Shown one piece after another: positions 1 to 8,985 of a stretch of 25,187 nucleotides of DNA. The translations under genes and the position numbers were made by a program. The notes below the pieces were generated by a model that worked only from the letters and a program-made list of their open reading frames with translations, ran no database searches and had not been told where the DNA came from. Each line of letters starts with the position of its first letter. Positions within the stretch are counted from its first letter, which is position 1. This DNA comes from a virus (Duplodnaviria; Caudoviricetes), in the IMG/VR virus record IMGVR_UViG_3300024986_000174, positions 1 through 25,187 of that record. The stretch is one strand, 5' to 3'.

Positions 1-252
1 TCAGGCCGTGGTGGTGCCATCGTCCGGCGGCAGCGGCGCGAGAAATTGGTCCGTCGCTGCGTTGATCTGCGCCAGCGCGGCGTCGATCTCCTCCTGCGTG
101 GCGTTGGTCCCGGCCAGCAGTCCGGCCAGCGCCCGCACATAAGGCGCCGACGACACGACGCCTTGCTGGATGGCGGGCGCCACGCGGATGATGCCGCTCA
201 CGATCGCTTCGGCAACCGCGATTCCGGCGGTGATGTCTGCTGCGCTCACCAT
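1..252 (-). CDS. Small Ala-rich hypothetical protein at the end of the putative lysis module
   Basis: 83-aa ORF starting just after the stop of the lipoprotein gene, with AGGAG upstream. Hydrophobic/amphipathic N-terminal half; no family recognised. Confidence 0.65.
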   Translation of the reverse strand: MVSAADITAGIAVAEAIVSGIIRVAPAIQQGVVSSAPYVRALAGLLAGTNATQEEIDAALAQINAATDQFLAPLPPDDGTTTA

Positions 253-253
253 G

Positions 254-649
254 TCACTGCGCTCCTTCGGCCAGAATGTCCTGCACGTCGATCAAAGCGG
301 TCCGCGCAGCGCCGACCACGTTGGTGATGTCGATGCCGGGATAGGTCCTTGCGAACGTCACCATGCGGTTCACCGCCAGCCGTGCCCGCGCCATCGCGGC
401 CTGCAGCCGGACGATGACGGAGCGGCGCGCGCAGATGTTGGTGGAGCTTGGCGCGGTGCCGGTCCGGCACAATGGCAGCGCCTTGTAGGCATTGGCGGCG
501 CTCACCGCGACGCCGTAGGCATTCTCGATACCGTAGATGGTGTTGAGCGTGACCGCATTCGCCAGATTGAGCGAGGGCAACGCCGCCGTCTGGCAGCCGG
601 CCAACACGAGGCCGAGCGCCAGCGCGGCGCAAGCCATGAGCTTTCGCAT
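254..649 (-). CDS. Lipoprotein (possible spanin-like lysis accessory)
   Basis: MRKLMACAALALGLVLAG|C is a type II signal peptide with a LAGC lipobox; GGGGAG RBS. Lies downstream of the holin-like gene. The spanin role is inferred from context only. Confidence 0.7.
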   Translation of the reverse strand: MRKLMACAALALGLVLAGCQTAALPSLNLANAVTLNTIYGIENAYGVAVSAANAYKALPLCRTGTAPSSTNICARRSVIVRLQAAMARARLAVNRMVTFARTYPGIDITNVVGAARTALIDVQDILAEGAQ

Positions 650-682
650 GATGTCTCCCCGAATGGATGTGATGGAAAAGTG

Positions 683-925
683 CTAGCGGCTGACGATGCC
701 AGTGGCCGAACTGACGGTCGGCACGTCGGAACGCGCCGCGACTTGCGCGGTTGTCGCGCGGGTACCGTATTTCACGTAGATGCCCCAGGCTGCGGTAAAC
801 AAGGTGCCGAGCGCGCCGATGATCGCCGTCAATTCATCGCCGGTAAGCAGGCCGCGGTTGGTGAAGTAGCCGCCAATCGCAAGCAGCGCGTAGCGGACGG
901 TCTGCCAGACCATCTCGGAGTTCAT
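683..925 (-). CDS. Putative phage holin
   Basis: 80 aa with two hydrophobic segments (VRYALLAIGGYF; LTAIIGALGTLFTAAWGIYV) and a polar tail; AGGAGAG RBS; downstream of the muramidase gene. Confidence 0.65.
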   Translation of the reverse strand: MNSEMVWQTVRYALLAIGGYFTNRGLLTGDELTAIIGALGTLFTAAWGIYVKYGTRATTAQVAARSDVPTVSSATGIVSR

Positions 926-1052
926 GGCAACTCTCCTTTCGAGCGAGGTTTATCGCGCCACAGCACGAGTGCTGCGGCAACTGGACACGCCTCAAAGGCG
1001 CAAAGACGTGAGACGGTGCGCGAGCCGATTCCGTGAATCGTATGGAGACGCA

Positions 1053-1241
1053 ATGGAACGAGAAGACGACTGGAAAGTGCTGCTCGGTGTTGGCCTGTTC
1101 GCCATCACCCTTTTCATCTTCAGCATCGACGCGATGCAGAAGACCTATCGGCACAACCCGGCGGTGAAAGACATTTTCTCGGTGGCGGGAGGCGGCATGG
1201 GCACCGTCGCCACCCGGCCGAACGCCGACAACCACCGCTAG
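1053..1241 (+). CDS. Small single-pass membrane protein (62 aa)
   Basis: GGAG RBS at 1044-1047 before ATG 1053. MEREDDWKVLLGVGLFAITLFIFSIDAMQK... has one TM helix. Confidence 0.55.
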   Translation: MEREDDWKVLLGVGLFAITLFIFSIDAMQKTYRHNPAVKDIFSVAGGGMGTVATRPNADNHR

Positions 1242-1348
1242 CGGGAACCGGGCTCCCGTCCGACGGGACTACGAAACACCCTCGCGAAGACATGAATTTT
1301 GGGCGCGTGACTTGCCCGATGCGGAGCCTGCACGCTATACGCCCCGCC

Positions 1349-1459
1349 ATGTTCGGAACAAATCTCACCCAGACGGAGCGATACCTGGTCGGCATCGCCG
1401 CCGCATTGACCTTCGCGGTCTTTTACATCGTCGGCCTGCAACTTGGCGGGCACTGGTGA
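1349..1459 (+). CDS. Small membrane peptide (36 aa), not in the ORF track
   Basis: Hand translation MFGTNLTQTERYLVGIAAALTFAVFYIVGLQLGGHW*, one clear TM helix. Stop directly abuts the muramidase stop (convergent). Alternative start at 1292. Confidence 0.45.
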   Translation: MFGTNLTQTERYLVGIAAALTFAVFYIVGLQLGGHW

Positions 1460-2152
1460 TCAGGCCAAGACCTGTTCACGCGTTTTCTCACTTTCGGCAA
1501 GGCCGGCCTCGAACAATAGCGCCTCGCGCTCGCGGCGAAGCGCGACGCCGCGCAGCGCCGGCGCGGTCCACAGCCGTTTCATTTTGCGGATCTCGGCCGG
1601 AATCCGGTCAAAGACCTCGGCGGTCATGTGCGCCTTGATCGCGCGCATTTCCTGATAGCGCGCGCCCTGCTTCGAAAACGATGCCCCTCGATTGTAGACC
1701 AGCGACGTCAGGACGCCCCGGCAGGTCGGGGAAAGCAGATCGAAGTTCGGCAGCGCGTTGCGCGTCATCGCGAGATATTTCGGCAGCGATGTCTCGCAAA
1801 ACACCGCGATCGCCGCGTCCCACTCGATCAGCACCAGCGGACGAACCTCGCCAAGCGCGCGCTGCGCCGCCGCACCGGTCAATCCGGCCACGCTCGCAAG
1901 CGCCTCAACCATCGCAGGCGCGATCTTGCCGCCCCAGTCCGCGCGAATCCTCGCCGCGTCGGAATAGCCGCTGTCATAGCCGATGCCGACCGTGATGCCG
2001 GACTGGCCGCCAGGCCGGATCGGGCGTCGATACATCCTCTCATATGCCGTCCTGCTCGTGATTTCCGAAGCAATGATCAGTTCGAATGCTTCCTGCGAGA
2101 TGCCATGAAGATCGGACAACGCATCGCGCGCCGCCGGGGCAGCGTTGGGCAT
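1460..2152 (-). CDS. Pesticin-like / T4-lysozyme-fold muramidase (putative endolysin)
   Basis: Motifs IIASE, SGITVGIGYDSG, SLVYNRG and C-terminal LRREREA are typical of this lysozyme group; GGAGG RBS; no signal peptide; upstream of holin-like gene. Confidence 0.8.
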   Translation of the reverse strand: MPNAAPAARDALSDLHGISQEAFELIIASEITSRTAYERMYRRPIRPGGQSGITVGIGYDSGYSDAARIRADWGGKIAPAMVEALASVAGLTGAAAQRALGEVRPLVLIEWDAAIAVFCETSLPKYLAMTRNALPNFDLLSPTCRGVLTSLVYNRGASFSKQGARYQEMRAIKAHMTAEVFDRIPAEIRKMKRLWTAPALRGVALRREREALLFEAGLAESEKTREQVLA

Positions 2153-2168
2153 GCTAAACCTCCATAAG

Positions 2169-2192
2169 AAAAAAGCTGCCCGAAGGCGGCTT
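2169..2192 (-). terminator. Rho-independent terminator upstream of the lysis genes
   Basis: Minus strand reads AAGCCGCC-TTCG-GGCAGCTT-TTTT: stem with one mismatch, UUCG tetraloop and U tract. Confidence 0.65.
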
Positions 2193-2238
2193 GTGAATTG
2201 TCATTGATTGGAGAACTCGGCCAACGCTAGAATCCAAC

Positions 2239-2424
2239 ATGTGGCAGATCGTTGGTTTTATTTTTTTGATACTTGTTATCGTGTTTCTAAATTTGAAAGA
2301 GCGCCGATCCTGCAAGGACGGCGGCTGGCATTCTCATGTCCCAGGAACGCAACGCAGATTTTTCAATAGAAAGTGGGAATACAGACCCGAAACAGAAGAC
2401 GAATATGCGGATCATCAGTGGTAA
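2239..2424 (+). CDS. Small AT-rich membrane-anchored hypothetical protein (61 aa)
   Basis: N-terminal TM segment (WQIVGFIFLILVIVFL) then a charged/aromatic tail. Visibly more AT-rich than neighbours; convergent with the tail fibre gene. Confidence 0.55.
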   Translation: MWQIVGFIFLILVIVFLNLKERRSCKDGGWHSHVPGTQRRFFNRKWEYRPETEDEYADHQW

Positions 2425-2445
2425 AAAACGAGTCAAAGCCGAGCA

Positions 2446-4515
2446 TTATCGTGCCGTCACGCTCACCCCATAGATCGGCACGACCTTGCCGTTCGCGGTC
2501 TTGATCCGAGCGGCGAAGGATGTGCCTGCGGTACAGGCTTGGTCGGCCGTCTCAACGACCTTGCGGCCTCCCTGGCTGTATGAGGTCACGACCGACAGCG
2601 GCGCTGTGGCCCAATTGGTACCGCCGTCACACGTCACCTCAGCCGTCAGGTCGGCGTTCAGCGCCGGCGCGCCCAAGTTGTCGAACTCCAGCAGAACGCG
2701 TGCGTTGCTCACATTAGCATCGGTCGTTTGCGACGCCGTCTCGAGTGTCATGCCATTGATCGTACCGGGATTGAAGAATTGCACCTCGGCCACGACCGAC
2801 TGCGCAGACCCGGACCAAACCGTTTCGATCCAGACGTAATCCCAGGCCGTCGCTGAATTATTTGAACTGATTGTCTGCGGGTTTGCATTATCGACGTCAG
2901 TGATAGGCCCGACGCTTCCCAACAACGTCCCGTCACTTGACGACGACGGCGCGCTTCCGTTCTTCGCTCGAAGGTTGAGCGTGCTCGTGAGCCCCCCGCC
3001 CATATATCCCGTATCATTGGAACCCCACGTCCTGGCCTGCGCGATTTTCTGGGGTGCAGCGCTGTAGTTCTTCCCGATATATGACGGTCCTGGACCAGCG
3101 CTTGGAAGCACGGCGGATGACGCCGTTGGCTGTGAAATATTCCCGTCGAATGCAGCGGCCAGACCGCCATTGGCGGTGAGCGTTCCGATATTGGTTCCGG
3201 TTCCTTGAGAAATCTGGCTGGGGGCCGTCTGACTTGGCTGCACGTATCCGGACGTTGCGGCGGCGGACACATCGACATTTGACGACGCGCCTGCATTGAT
3301 GCCGCGATCCGCGTCCGTCGATGCCTTGAAGCCCGTCGCCCATGAATTGATGACACGGCGTTGCGTACCAAGCTGCCTGGATTGATAGATGCGGTCGAGC
3401 AGCATATTGCGGCGGATATCGTCAGCCAGCGCAATCGTGCCGCTCGATGTGATGGTGCCGCCGGACAGGCCGGAACCGGCCGTCACACTGGTCATCGAGC
3501 CGGAGCCGCCTCCCCCCGTGCCGCCGCTGCGCGCGATTGCGAACCAGCGCGCGGCGGTGCCGTCATAGCGCAGCACCGCAGCATGCCTGGGTCCAAGGAC
3601 AATGTCGCCGCCGAACGCGAAACGGTTCGCCGCTGTCGATGATGCGTCGTCCTCGCGCAGCGTGACGGTCTCGCTGCCGATATTGAGAACGGCCAGCACG
3701 CGGCCTTCGACGCCACCGGCCAGTCCGGAAATCACCCGGGCGGCATCGGTAGACAGTTGCAGCACCGAACAGGCCGACAGGCCGGCCGGATCGTAGTCAT
3801 CCTGATCGGCCGTGATCGTGTCCGGCGAGACCACACCCGACAACGCAAGACCGCGCGGCAAGGTCAGGTTGCCGCTTGCCTGATCGATGACGAAGGCTTC
3901 CGTAAAGCTCGTGCCGTCATCCGACACCTTCAGCATGAAGGCATCGGAGCCGATGAGGCCGAATTCCGCGCGGCCGGAGAACGCATCGGAAAACACCACC
4001 GAAGCGACGTTGTCCGCTCTCTCCTTCGAGATCTGGATGCGCATGTCGCCGGTGCCGTCATCGGCCGCCTCGATCGCGCGAAACAGCGCGGCGTTGGAAC
4101 AGACGCTGAGCCGGTTGTCATCGTCCGGCGTGGCGTTGATCCCAAGCTCCGCGATCGCGCCCAGCGTCCCCTCGCCGCCCGGCATGTTGCGCCATTTGCC
4201 GCCGTCGAACACCCGTTGCGTCCCGTCGGCCGTCGACCAGACACACCAGCCCATCTTCGGGATCAGGAAACGCCACGCGCCGTCTTCCCAACAGGCGACG
4301 GCATGAGTCTGCCCGCTCCATGCACCGCTCGCCCCGCTTGGCACGAGATAGCGCGCACCAGCCGCCGGCGTCTCCGGCGGCGTCGCCAGCGTGGTGTCCT
4401 CGACGCCGATCTGGATCGCAGCATCGAGAATCCGCAGCGCCTCGTTGTGGGTGACATGCTTCTGCGCCTGGCTGCCGTCGATGAACGGAAGCCCGAGATG
4501 GATTGTATCTGTCAT
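2446..4515 (-). CDS. DUF2793-domain tail fibre / receptor-binding protein
   Basis: N-terminus HLGLPFIDGSQAQKHVTHNEALRILD and FSGRAEFGLIGSDAFMLKVSDDG match the DUF2793 GTA fibre family. A Gly/Ser/Thr linker (SVTAGSGLSGGTITSSGTIAL) precedes a long beta-rich C-terminal extension. Confidence 0.85.
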   Translation of the reverse strand: MTDTIHLGLPFIDGSQAQKHVTHNEALRILDAAIQIGVEDTTLATPPETPAAGARYLVPSGASGAWSGQTHAVACWEDGAWRFLIPKMGWCVWSTADGTQRVFDGGKWRNMPGGEGTLGAIAELGINATPDDDNRLSVCSNAALFRAIEAADDGTGDMRIQISKERADNVASVVFSDAFSGRAEFGLIGSDAFMLKVSDDGTSFTEAFVIDQASGNLTLPRGLALSGVVSPDTITADQDDYDPAGLSACSVLQLSTDAARVISGLAGGVEGRVLAVLNIGSETVTLREDDASSTAANRFAFGGDIVLGPRHAAVLRYDGTAARWFAIARSGGTGGGGSGSMTSVTAGSGLSGGTITSSGTIALADDIRRNMLLDRIYQSRQLGTQRRVINSWATGFKASTDADRGINAGASSNVDVSAAATSGYVQPSQTAPSQISQGTGTNIGTLTANGGLAAAFDGNISQPTASSAVLPSAGPGPSYIGKNYSAAPQKIAQARTWGSNDTGYMGGGLTSTLNLRAKNGSAPSSSSDGTLLGSVGPITDVDNANPQTISSNNSATAWDYVWIETVWSGSAQSVVAEVQFFNPGTINGMTLETASQTTDANVSNARVLLEFDNLGAPALNADLTAEVTCDGGTNWATAPLSVVTSYSQGGRKVVETADQACTAGTSFAARIKTANGKVVPIYGVSVTAR

Positions 4516-4521
4516 GATCGC

Positions 4522-7500
4522 TCAGAGGGTGAGAGTGAATTCGGCGGGATGGCCCCGGCCGACTGTGCCGGAGAGTTGCGCCACGCGGATGTGGAGACGG
4601 CTCTGCGGCGCACCGAAATCGGCAAGCTCATCGGCATCCGCATAGAGCAGCGCCGGCACCGACGACGACAGCGTGCGCACCACCGACGATCCCGACAGGA
4701 TATCGACCTGATACGCCTCGATGTCCTCGCCGAGCGGCACCTCGACGCCCCAGGCATCGCCGTCGCGGCGGGTCCGTCTGATCCACGCGACGCGGATGCC
4801 GCCCGCTTCGCGCGCGGCGCTCGCATGCACCGGCGACAGCGGCATCAGCGCGGTCGCCTGCGGCGTCAGCGTCATCGCCAGCGCGGATGGATCGTCATGG
4901 CCGCGCCCGGTCGCGACCATGCGCAGATCGATCGTGCGGTCGAGCGCGCCGAGCCCGCGTGCGATCGGAATGAGGTGATCGTCGAGCAGCACGAACGGCG
5001 CACCGGCCGGAAGCGGGCTCGCGATGGCGTATTCGCTGCCGCCCTGCCCGCGCAGCAGCCGGGAGATTTCATAGGTGCCGGCCTCCACCAGTTCGGCATT
5101 GGCGAATTGCAGCACCTCCCACGCGCCGTCCGCGTTCAGCACGGCGGCGGCGCTGGCGCCGTTGAGCACGCGCAGATCGCCGACCGATGTCAGCGCGCCG
5201 CCATAGAGCCGCACCCTTAGCTTGCCGGCGCGGTCCCAGCAGCCGCTCGGCCCCGCCGGCAGCGCATCGCGCGTCTCGCCGATGATCGCCGGCGCCAGCG
5301 CTACTGCCGCCCGCTCGAAGCTCAACCCGTCGCCGGAGCGCCACACCGTGATCGACCCCGGCCACGGATCGGCGAACACCGCAAGCCGCGTCAGAATCGG
5401 CGGATCGGACGCGTCGAGCGTCGGAAGATCGAGCGTCAGCGCCTGCACCGGGCCGAGCGCCGGCGGAATTTTCGGCGCGATCTGGCGCGGCAACAACAGC
5501 GGCACCGAAAAGATTTCCGGATCGATGCTGCGCGCCTTGACCTGCCGGCTTTCGGTATCGACCAGCTCGCCGATCTCGAACAGCCGGCGACGCTTCCCGA
5601 TCGTCACCCCGACGACATCGCCGGCGCAGAGCGTGAGCCGGTTCATGCCGAGGGCAAACGTGACGCTCTCGCGTCCGGCCCACAGATCCTGCAGCCAGAT
5701 ATCGGCGCGCCGCTTGGCCGCGGCGTCATTCGTCACCACGGCGAGATCGGAATGCAGCGAACGGTTGCTGCCGCCGACCAGACGCCGCGAATTCACCGCC
5801 GAGCGGCGATAATCCGCCGCGCTGTCAGTGAAGCCGAAGCTCACCTCGCGCGGCAATTCGGTCTCCTGCCCGCGCGTGAGCTGCGCCGGCGCGCCCTTGT
5901 CCGGATCGACCAGATCGTCCTCGGCGATTTCCGCCACCGGCGCGCCGCCGCGCGGCACGAACGCCAGTTCACCGTCGATGGCGGCGGCGTCGAACGCATA
6001 GGCCATCGCCAGCGGCTCGATCATCGCGCGCGGCGTCATCGGCCGGTCGACGACATAACCGTCGCAACTGTCGCGCAGCGCGTCGGCGTTGGTGCCGGCG
6101 ACCTCGGAATCCGCAAGCAGCGTACCGACCAGCGCATCGAGCGGCGCGGCGCCGAGCCGCCCGGTCAGCCAGTGTCCGGTCTGCCAGTTCGGCGCGTCGC
6201 TCCACACATCCCCTGCCGCCGGAAACACCGGATAAGGCCGCGCATCCCAGGTCCACAGATGAACCCCCGAGACGTCGACCATCCGCCCGCCATAGACCGG
6301 TGAGAGCGGATTGTGCGCGTCATCGCCGCCGAACTCCGGATCGAACGCGCCGATCATGGTTTCCAGATAGCGGCGCTGGATCAGATCGTCGCGCTCGCCG
6401 CTGGAAAAATACGGCAGATTGCCTTCGGACGATTTGGCGTCGGGAAAGACGCTCGGCTGGTTCGCGCCTTTATCGACCGCGGGGCACCCGATCTCGGTCA
6501 GCCAGATCGGCTTGCCGGCGGGCGTCCACGACGTCGCGGTGTCGCGCTCGACGCCATCGACGCGCTCGTGATGCGGATAGGCCCACCAGCTCCAGATATC
6601 CTTGGCGCGGAACGTCCACGGCTTGCCGAGACCATCGGTGATCGCGGCGCGGTCCTGCGCCACGCGCGCCGCATCGTCGGCGTAGTACCAGTCATAGGCC
6701 TCGCCGCCTTGCAGATTGCCGCGCAGATAGTCGCGGTCGTCGATCGACGCGGCGACCGCTTTGTCCAGATGGGCCGCGCCGTCGCGCCAGTCCGACAGCG
6801 GCGCGTAATAATCGATGCCCACGGCATCGATCGCAGGCGACGCCCACAATACATCGAGCGGAAAGCGCACCTCACTGGCATCATCCGTCACCACATGCGC
6901 GCCATACTCGGTCCAGTCCGCGCCGTAAGTGACAAGGGTGGATGCGCCCACGATAGCCTTGACGTCGACAGCGAGCGTCGCCAACGCCTGCACCGCCGGA
7001 TAAACACCCGCACCGGAACGCACGCGCGTCAACGCCTTGAATTCCGAGCCGATCAGAAACGCATCGACCCCGCCGCAGGACACGGCAAGGCTCGCATAAT
7101 GCAGAATCATCCGGCGATAGCTCCAGTCGCCCGGCCCGCTGCCGGAAAAGAACTGCGCCACCTGCGCCGCCGCCGCCGCGGTGCCATCGGGCGAGCCGGC
7201 CACACCCGGCGCGGGATCGCAGGTGATGCGCCCGCGCCAGGGAAACGCCGGCTGAGAAGCCGCGCCGGTCCACGGATCGGGCAACGCATTGCCGGGCGGA
7301 ATATCCATCATCAGGAACGGATACAGCGTCACTTTGATACCGCGCGCTTTCAGCTCGGCGATCAGATGCCGCAGGCTGTCGTCGGACGGCGTGCCGCCGT
7401 AGGACGGAACGCCCGCGACCGTCGAAATCACGTAAGCGCCGGGACGTGTGACGCCCGCCACCGACCAGGTGCCGCCCGAGGTGATCTTGATCGCGTTGTC

Positions 7501-8409
7501 GACTCCGGGCCGCACCTTGCAATGACCGGCGCGCAGATCGGAGCCGAACCAGGCGACGACGATGGCGACGCGCTCGAGCGCCGGGCATGTCGCTTGCAGA
7601 TCGTCGAGCGAAGCGAGGATGTTCGCCGCCGCGGTGGAGACATGGCGGTTCTCCGGCGCGGACTGACCAGGCCCAAGCACGCGCACCACCGCGTTGGTGT
7701 CATAACCGAACTCGGTGCCGCCGGGGATCAGCGTCACCGCGCGCGTCATGCGCTCCAGCCGGCCGATCGGCCGCACGATCTCGAACGAGAGCTGCGGAAT
7801 CCGGTTACCGAAACCCGCAAGCGGCAGCCGCTCGAACACCACATACGCGGTGCCGCGATAGGCCGGCGCATTGGCGATGCCTTCCTTCGCCACGATCAGG
7901 TCGTCGGGCGACTGGTCCTCGCTGCCGCGATGAACGCGGATGGTGAGGCCCGAGACATCCAGCGGGTTGCCGTCGGCCCAGATGCGGCCGATATGGCCGA
8001 TCTCGCCTTCGCACAGACCAACCGCGAAATTGGCGAAGTAGGAATAGGTCGTGGTTGTCGTCGTTGTCGTGGACGAGCTGCCGCCGCCGAGGCCGCCCTT
8101 GCCGCCCGCCGCACTGCTGGTCTCGGTGCGCGTGGAGACGACCTCTTCGAGCCGCGTCGCCCAGATCACCTGACCGGACAGCCGCGCCCGGCCATAGACG
8201 CGCGGGATCGGCGCGCCTTCGGTGGACGCCATCACATCGAGATCGGCAAGGCGCGGGCCTTCGACGCTGCGCGTCTTCGATGTCTTGAACAGCGAACGGT
8301 CGAGCATATTGCCGACCAGCGCGCCGGCGATCCGTCCGGCAATCGCGCCGGCCGGCCCGAACACTGCGCCGGCCGCGCCGCCCGCGACCGAGAGAACAAG
8401 TGCGGCCAT
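4522..8409 (-). CDS. GTA baseplate multidomain protein (megatron, RcGTA g15-like)
   Basis: Start MAALVLSVAGG overlaps the NlpC stop (TGATG). Motifs EGAPIPRVYGRARLSGQVIWAT, PAYRGTAYVVFE, TIM-barrel region YGADWTEY/GIDYYAPLSDWRDG, WTWDARPYP; about 1295 aa. Confidence 0.93.
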   Translation of the reverse strand: MAALVLSVAGGAAGAVFGPAGAIAGRIAGALVGNMLDRSLFKTSKTRSVEGPRLADLDVMASTEGAPIPRVYGRARLSGQVIWATRLEEVVSTRTETSSAAGGKGGLGGGSSSTTTTTTTTYSYFANFAVGLCEGEIGHIGRIWADGNPLDVSGLTIRVHRGSEDQSPDDLIVAKEGIANAPAYRGTAYVVFERLPLAGFGNRIPQLSFEIVRPIGRLERMTRAVTLIPGGTEFGYDTNAVVRVLGPGQSAPENRHVSTAAANILASLDDLQATCPALERVAIVVAWFGSDLRAGHCKVRPGVDNAIKITSGGTWSVAGVTRPGAYVISTVAGVPSYGGTPSDDSLRHLIAELKARGIKVTLYPFLMMDIPPGNALPDPWTGAASQPAFPWRGRITCDPAPGVAGSPDGTAAAAAQVAQFFSGSGPGDWSYRRMILHYASLAVSCGGVDAFLIGSEFKALTRVRSGAGVYPAVQALATLAVDVKAIVGASTLVTYGADWTEYGAHVVTDDASEVRFPLDVLWASPAIDAVGIDYYAPLSDWRDGAAHLDKAVAASIDDRDYLRGNLQGGEAYDWYYADDAARVAQDRAAITDGLGKPWTFRAKDIWSWWAYPHHERVDGVERDTATSWTPAGKPIWLTEIGCPAVDKGANQPSVFPDAKSSEGNLPYFSSGERDDLIQRRYLETMIGAFDPEFGGDDAHNPLSPVYGGRMVDVSGVHLWTWDARPYPVFPAAGDVWSDAPNWQTGHWLTGRLGAAPLDALVGTLLADSEVAGTNADALRDSCDGYVVDRPMTPRAMIEPLAMAYAFDAAAIDGELAFVPRGGAPVAEIAEDDLVDPDKGAPAQLTRGQETELPREVSFGFTDSAADYRRSAVNSRRLVGGSNRSLHSDLAVVTNDAAAKRRADIWLQDLWAGRESVTFALGMNRLTLCAGDVVGVTIGKRRRLFEIGELVDTESRQVKARSIDPEIFSVPLLLPRQIAPKIPPALGPVQALTLDLPTLDASDPPILTRLAVFADPWPGSITVWRSGDGLSFERAAVALAPAIIGETRDALPAGPSGCWDRAGKLRVRLYGGALTSVGDLRVLNGASAAAVLNADGAWEVLQFANAELVEAGTYEISRLLRGQGGSEYAIASPLPAGAPFVLLDDHLIPIARGLGALDRTIDLRMVATGRGHDDPSALAMTLTPQATALMPLSPVHASAAREAGGIRVAWIRRTRRDGDAWGVEVPLGEDIEAYQVDILSGSSVVRTLSSSVPALLYADADELADFGAPQSRLHIRVAQLSGTVGRGHPAEFTLTL

Positions 8410-8852
8410 CAGTCGATCACTCCGGGAAAACGGAAAGCATAAGCAAGCCGCCTGCGCCACCAGGGCGAGAGCGCCACCTCGCACACCGCCGCGCCGTCAT
8501 GGGCGTGGATCATGGTGCCGTCACAGGTTGCGATCGCGGCATGCTTGGCGACGAAACCCTCGCGCCAGCGAAACAGCAGCACTTCGCCGCCGCTAATGGC
8601 ATCAAATGCCACCGGCTCGAGGTGACGCAGCGCCGCATCGGCCAGCGTCTCCTCGCCGCGGGCCTCCGCCCAGTCCGGCGCGTAAGGCGGCGGCGTCTCC
8701 GGTTCGCGGCCGAGACAATTGCGATACACGCCGCGCACGAGGCCGAGGCAATCGCAGCCGACGCCCTTGCACGAGCCCTGATGGCGATAGCGCGTGCCGA
8801 TCCAGCCGCGCGCTTCCGCGACAATCGCGGTGCGGGTAAGAGAAGGAGTCAT
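8409..8852 (-). CDS. NlpC/P60 cell-wall peptidase (g14-like)
   Basis: ARGWIGTRYRHQGSCKGVGCDCLGLVRGV (catalytic Cys) and KHAAI...IHA (His residues). Start chosen at MTPSL with AGGA RBS. Confidence 0.92.
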   Translation of the reverse strand: MTPSLTRTAIVAEARGWIGTRYRHQGSCKGVGCDCLGLVRGVYRNCLGREPETPPPYAPDWAEARGEETLADAALRHLEPVAFDAISGGEVLLFRWREGFVAKHAAIATCDGTMIHAHDGAAVCEVALSPWWRRRLAYAFRFPGVID

Positions 8853-8876
8853 AAAGTTTCCTGAGTGGAATTGAAT

Positions 8877-8963
8877 CGTCATTGCGAGCGTAGCGAAGCA
8901 ATCAGTTTTATCTCACGTCCGTATGGACTGGATTGCTTCGCCGCTTCGCGCCTCGCAATGACG
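8877..8963. repeat. REP/RIME-like palindromic element, family A
   Basis: CGTCATTGCGAG...GAAGCAATC / GATTGCTTCG...CTCGCAATGACG terminal inverted repeats. Confidence 0.85.
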
Positions 8964-8985
8964 GGGTAACCTCAGATGATCTGCT

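Noticed and set aside
8040-8125. Poly-Thr/Gly tract in the megatron N-terminal region
   Set aside because: Mixed codons in a flexible loop; not a phase-variable microsatellite.
6313-8442. 709-aa + strand ORF and other long antisense ORFs (170-1036, 3757-5220, 14787-15851, 18270-19316, 21984-23033)
   Set aside because: Shadow frames opposite well-supported GC-rich genes; Arg/Ala/Gly-rich with no motifs.
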